A DNA stretch of 64,000 bases from Felis catus (taxonomy: Eukaryota), in assembly GCF_018350175.1 (NCBI RefSeq), contig NC_058368.1, positions 558,001 through 622,000 on the forward strand, written 5' to 3'. The notes under the pieces are model-generated. The model did no database searches. It was given only the letters and a program-made list of their open reading frames with translations, and was not told where the DNA came from. This document shows, one piece after another, positions 62,336-64,000 of the stretch (the first letter of the stretch is position 1; each line of letters starts with the position of its first letter). Position numbers and translations under genes: made by a program.

Positions 62336-63793
62336 TTAAAAAAGACTAAAAAGAGAGCTGTAACAACTGAATGTAACAGATGAACTTGACTGTTCCTGGT
62401 TTTTTTAAAAAAACACATATTTGGGACAATAGTGGGAATTCTAAAATGAATTTAAATATTAAGGAATAGTAGTAGAGAATAGTATCTATACAGAAGAATA
62501 TCATAATTTTTACTTGATGTGTGCTGAAATATTTGAAGTGATGTAACATAATGCCTGCATATTACTTGCAATGAAATGACTGAGCAAGTTACATTTAAAT
62601 GTAGGCAGAAATACAGATGTATAGATATACATACACACATAGAAAAATATGTAGACAAAGTAAATACAGCAAAATATTAACTGCTGAATCAAGGTCTATT
62701 ATTAATCATTGCAGTAGTCTTTCAACTTTTCTGGATGTTTGAAATTTTCCAAAATAAAAAGGTAAGAGAGTATACTGCTTAAAAAATTTTTAAAAGGCAT
62801 GTGACCTTTCCATATTCTAAATCAGAAATAAAATATTATGCACAAAGGTGCCCAATCCTAACTAGTAAGGATAGACACCTTTTGTCATATTTTCTGCACT
62901 TTTTTAGAACTTTCTCCAAAGAACATATTCATGAAAACACCATCAAAATTGAAAATGAAATTCAAATTAAAAATACTGGAAACAACTCAGCCCTACTGCA
63001 AAGAACATTAAATACTGATATATTATTTGATGACCAGCATGATGACAACCATTAAAATTATGGTTATGAAACTATGAAATTTACCATCACGTCTGAGTAG
63101 GAAAAGAACACATTATTTTCCATCTTGGCTGGGAAAAGAACACAATTATACGATATTTTACAGTTACAAAATGTAAAAAAAAAAAAAGTGGAAGGGGGAA
63201 TGGGGCACAGAAACAGCATTTTAAAAAAGGAAAAAAAAGACCAGAAGAAACTACACCAGAAATGCCACAAGACCTCCATGAGTTTAGACCATCAGATGCT
63301 GCCAGTTCTCTGGCAAAAACATGTTGAGCGCGAGGAATACAGAGGTACAGTGAGGGCAAACCGAGTGTCTGGGAGTGGACGGAATTTCTCTTCTGAATAG
63401 TAACTGCCACCACCAACCTATTTCTCACATTTCACATCTTCGATCATGTGCCCCTCCACTACCACACATACTACATAACCTCAAACTATTTCTAAGCTCT
63501 CAGAGAAAAATAGCACACACAGAACCCACCATCTCCCTTTTTGAAGACCCCATGCTACCTTGAGAGGTTTGAAATCAGCATGAGTATTGCGATTGTTCTC
63601 AGAAAGTCACAAAATTCTGTGTCCAGTTCTGTGTCCAATCCAGGCTCAATGGTTACGCAACATGTAGGGGCTCATAATTAAAGCCACAGGCACGGGGGAC
63701 AGGGGAAAAAATCCAGGAAGGACTTTTCTTGTCTTAGCACAGCTTGGTAACACTGCTAGCTAAGTACAAAAGAGAGAAATAGAAGTAACTCAC

Positions 63794-64000
63794 CTATAGG
63801 ATAGTCATGGTTTTCTTCCTTCAAATCATTGTTTTTCACAAGTGCTTCTTGATATTGTGCCTCACAAAACAAAGTGAGAGGAGCACCAGTTTTTGCAGTT
63901 AAGACAAAATCTGGATGAGTAGTTCTACAGAAGTTGTTTTGTTCATCAGATAAAATGTTGGAAGTGTGTGTTTTTTCTTGGGTTTGATTCTGGTAGACAT
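63794..64000 (-). CDS. CENPJ: CENPJ exon 4, partial ([26 protein letters not shown]...EENHDYPI)
   Basis: open frame to the window edge; GTGAGT donor, phase 1 matching exon 5. Confidence 0.92.

Overview
Mammalian genomic DNA, almost certainly a felid (numerous feline-type tRNA-derived Can-SINEs and feline-type L1s). Two multi-exon genes converge tail-to-tail. On +: the last seven coding exons of RNF17 (germline Tudor-domain protein; 548-18959, 894 nt spliced, frame intact) plus a non-coding terminal exon ending near 19600. On -: CENPJ/CPAP, from a partial exon at the window edge (64000) through 13 further exons to the stop at 21289; every junction is GT-AG and phase-consistent. The introns are a layered record of transposons (L1, L2, MIR, MLT1 LTRs, Tigger2-type and MER5-type DNA elements, about 30 SINEs). 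The most unusual object is in CENPJ intron 8: an SRRM1 retrocopy truncated at both ends, without its own poly(A), fused head-to-tail to a ~4.1 kb 5'-truncated L1. The ~5.5 kb unit splits one MLT1 LTR with no visible target-site duplication, so it is a candidate mRNA-L1 template-switch chimera, and it lies antisense within CENPJ pre-mRNA. Also notable: a 1.7 kb CA-rich tract with higher-order duplication in RNF17, an old L1 with a monomer-like 5'UTR, and SINE-invaded mini-introns in the CENPJ TCP domain. I see no evidence for a wholly new gene system. Gene and repeat identities come from recalled sequences, not database searches; repeat boundaries are approximate and CENPJ exon numbers assume the 17-exon human structure.
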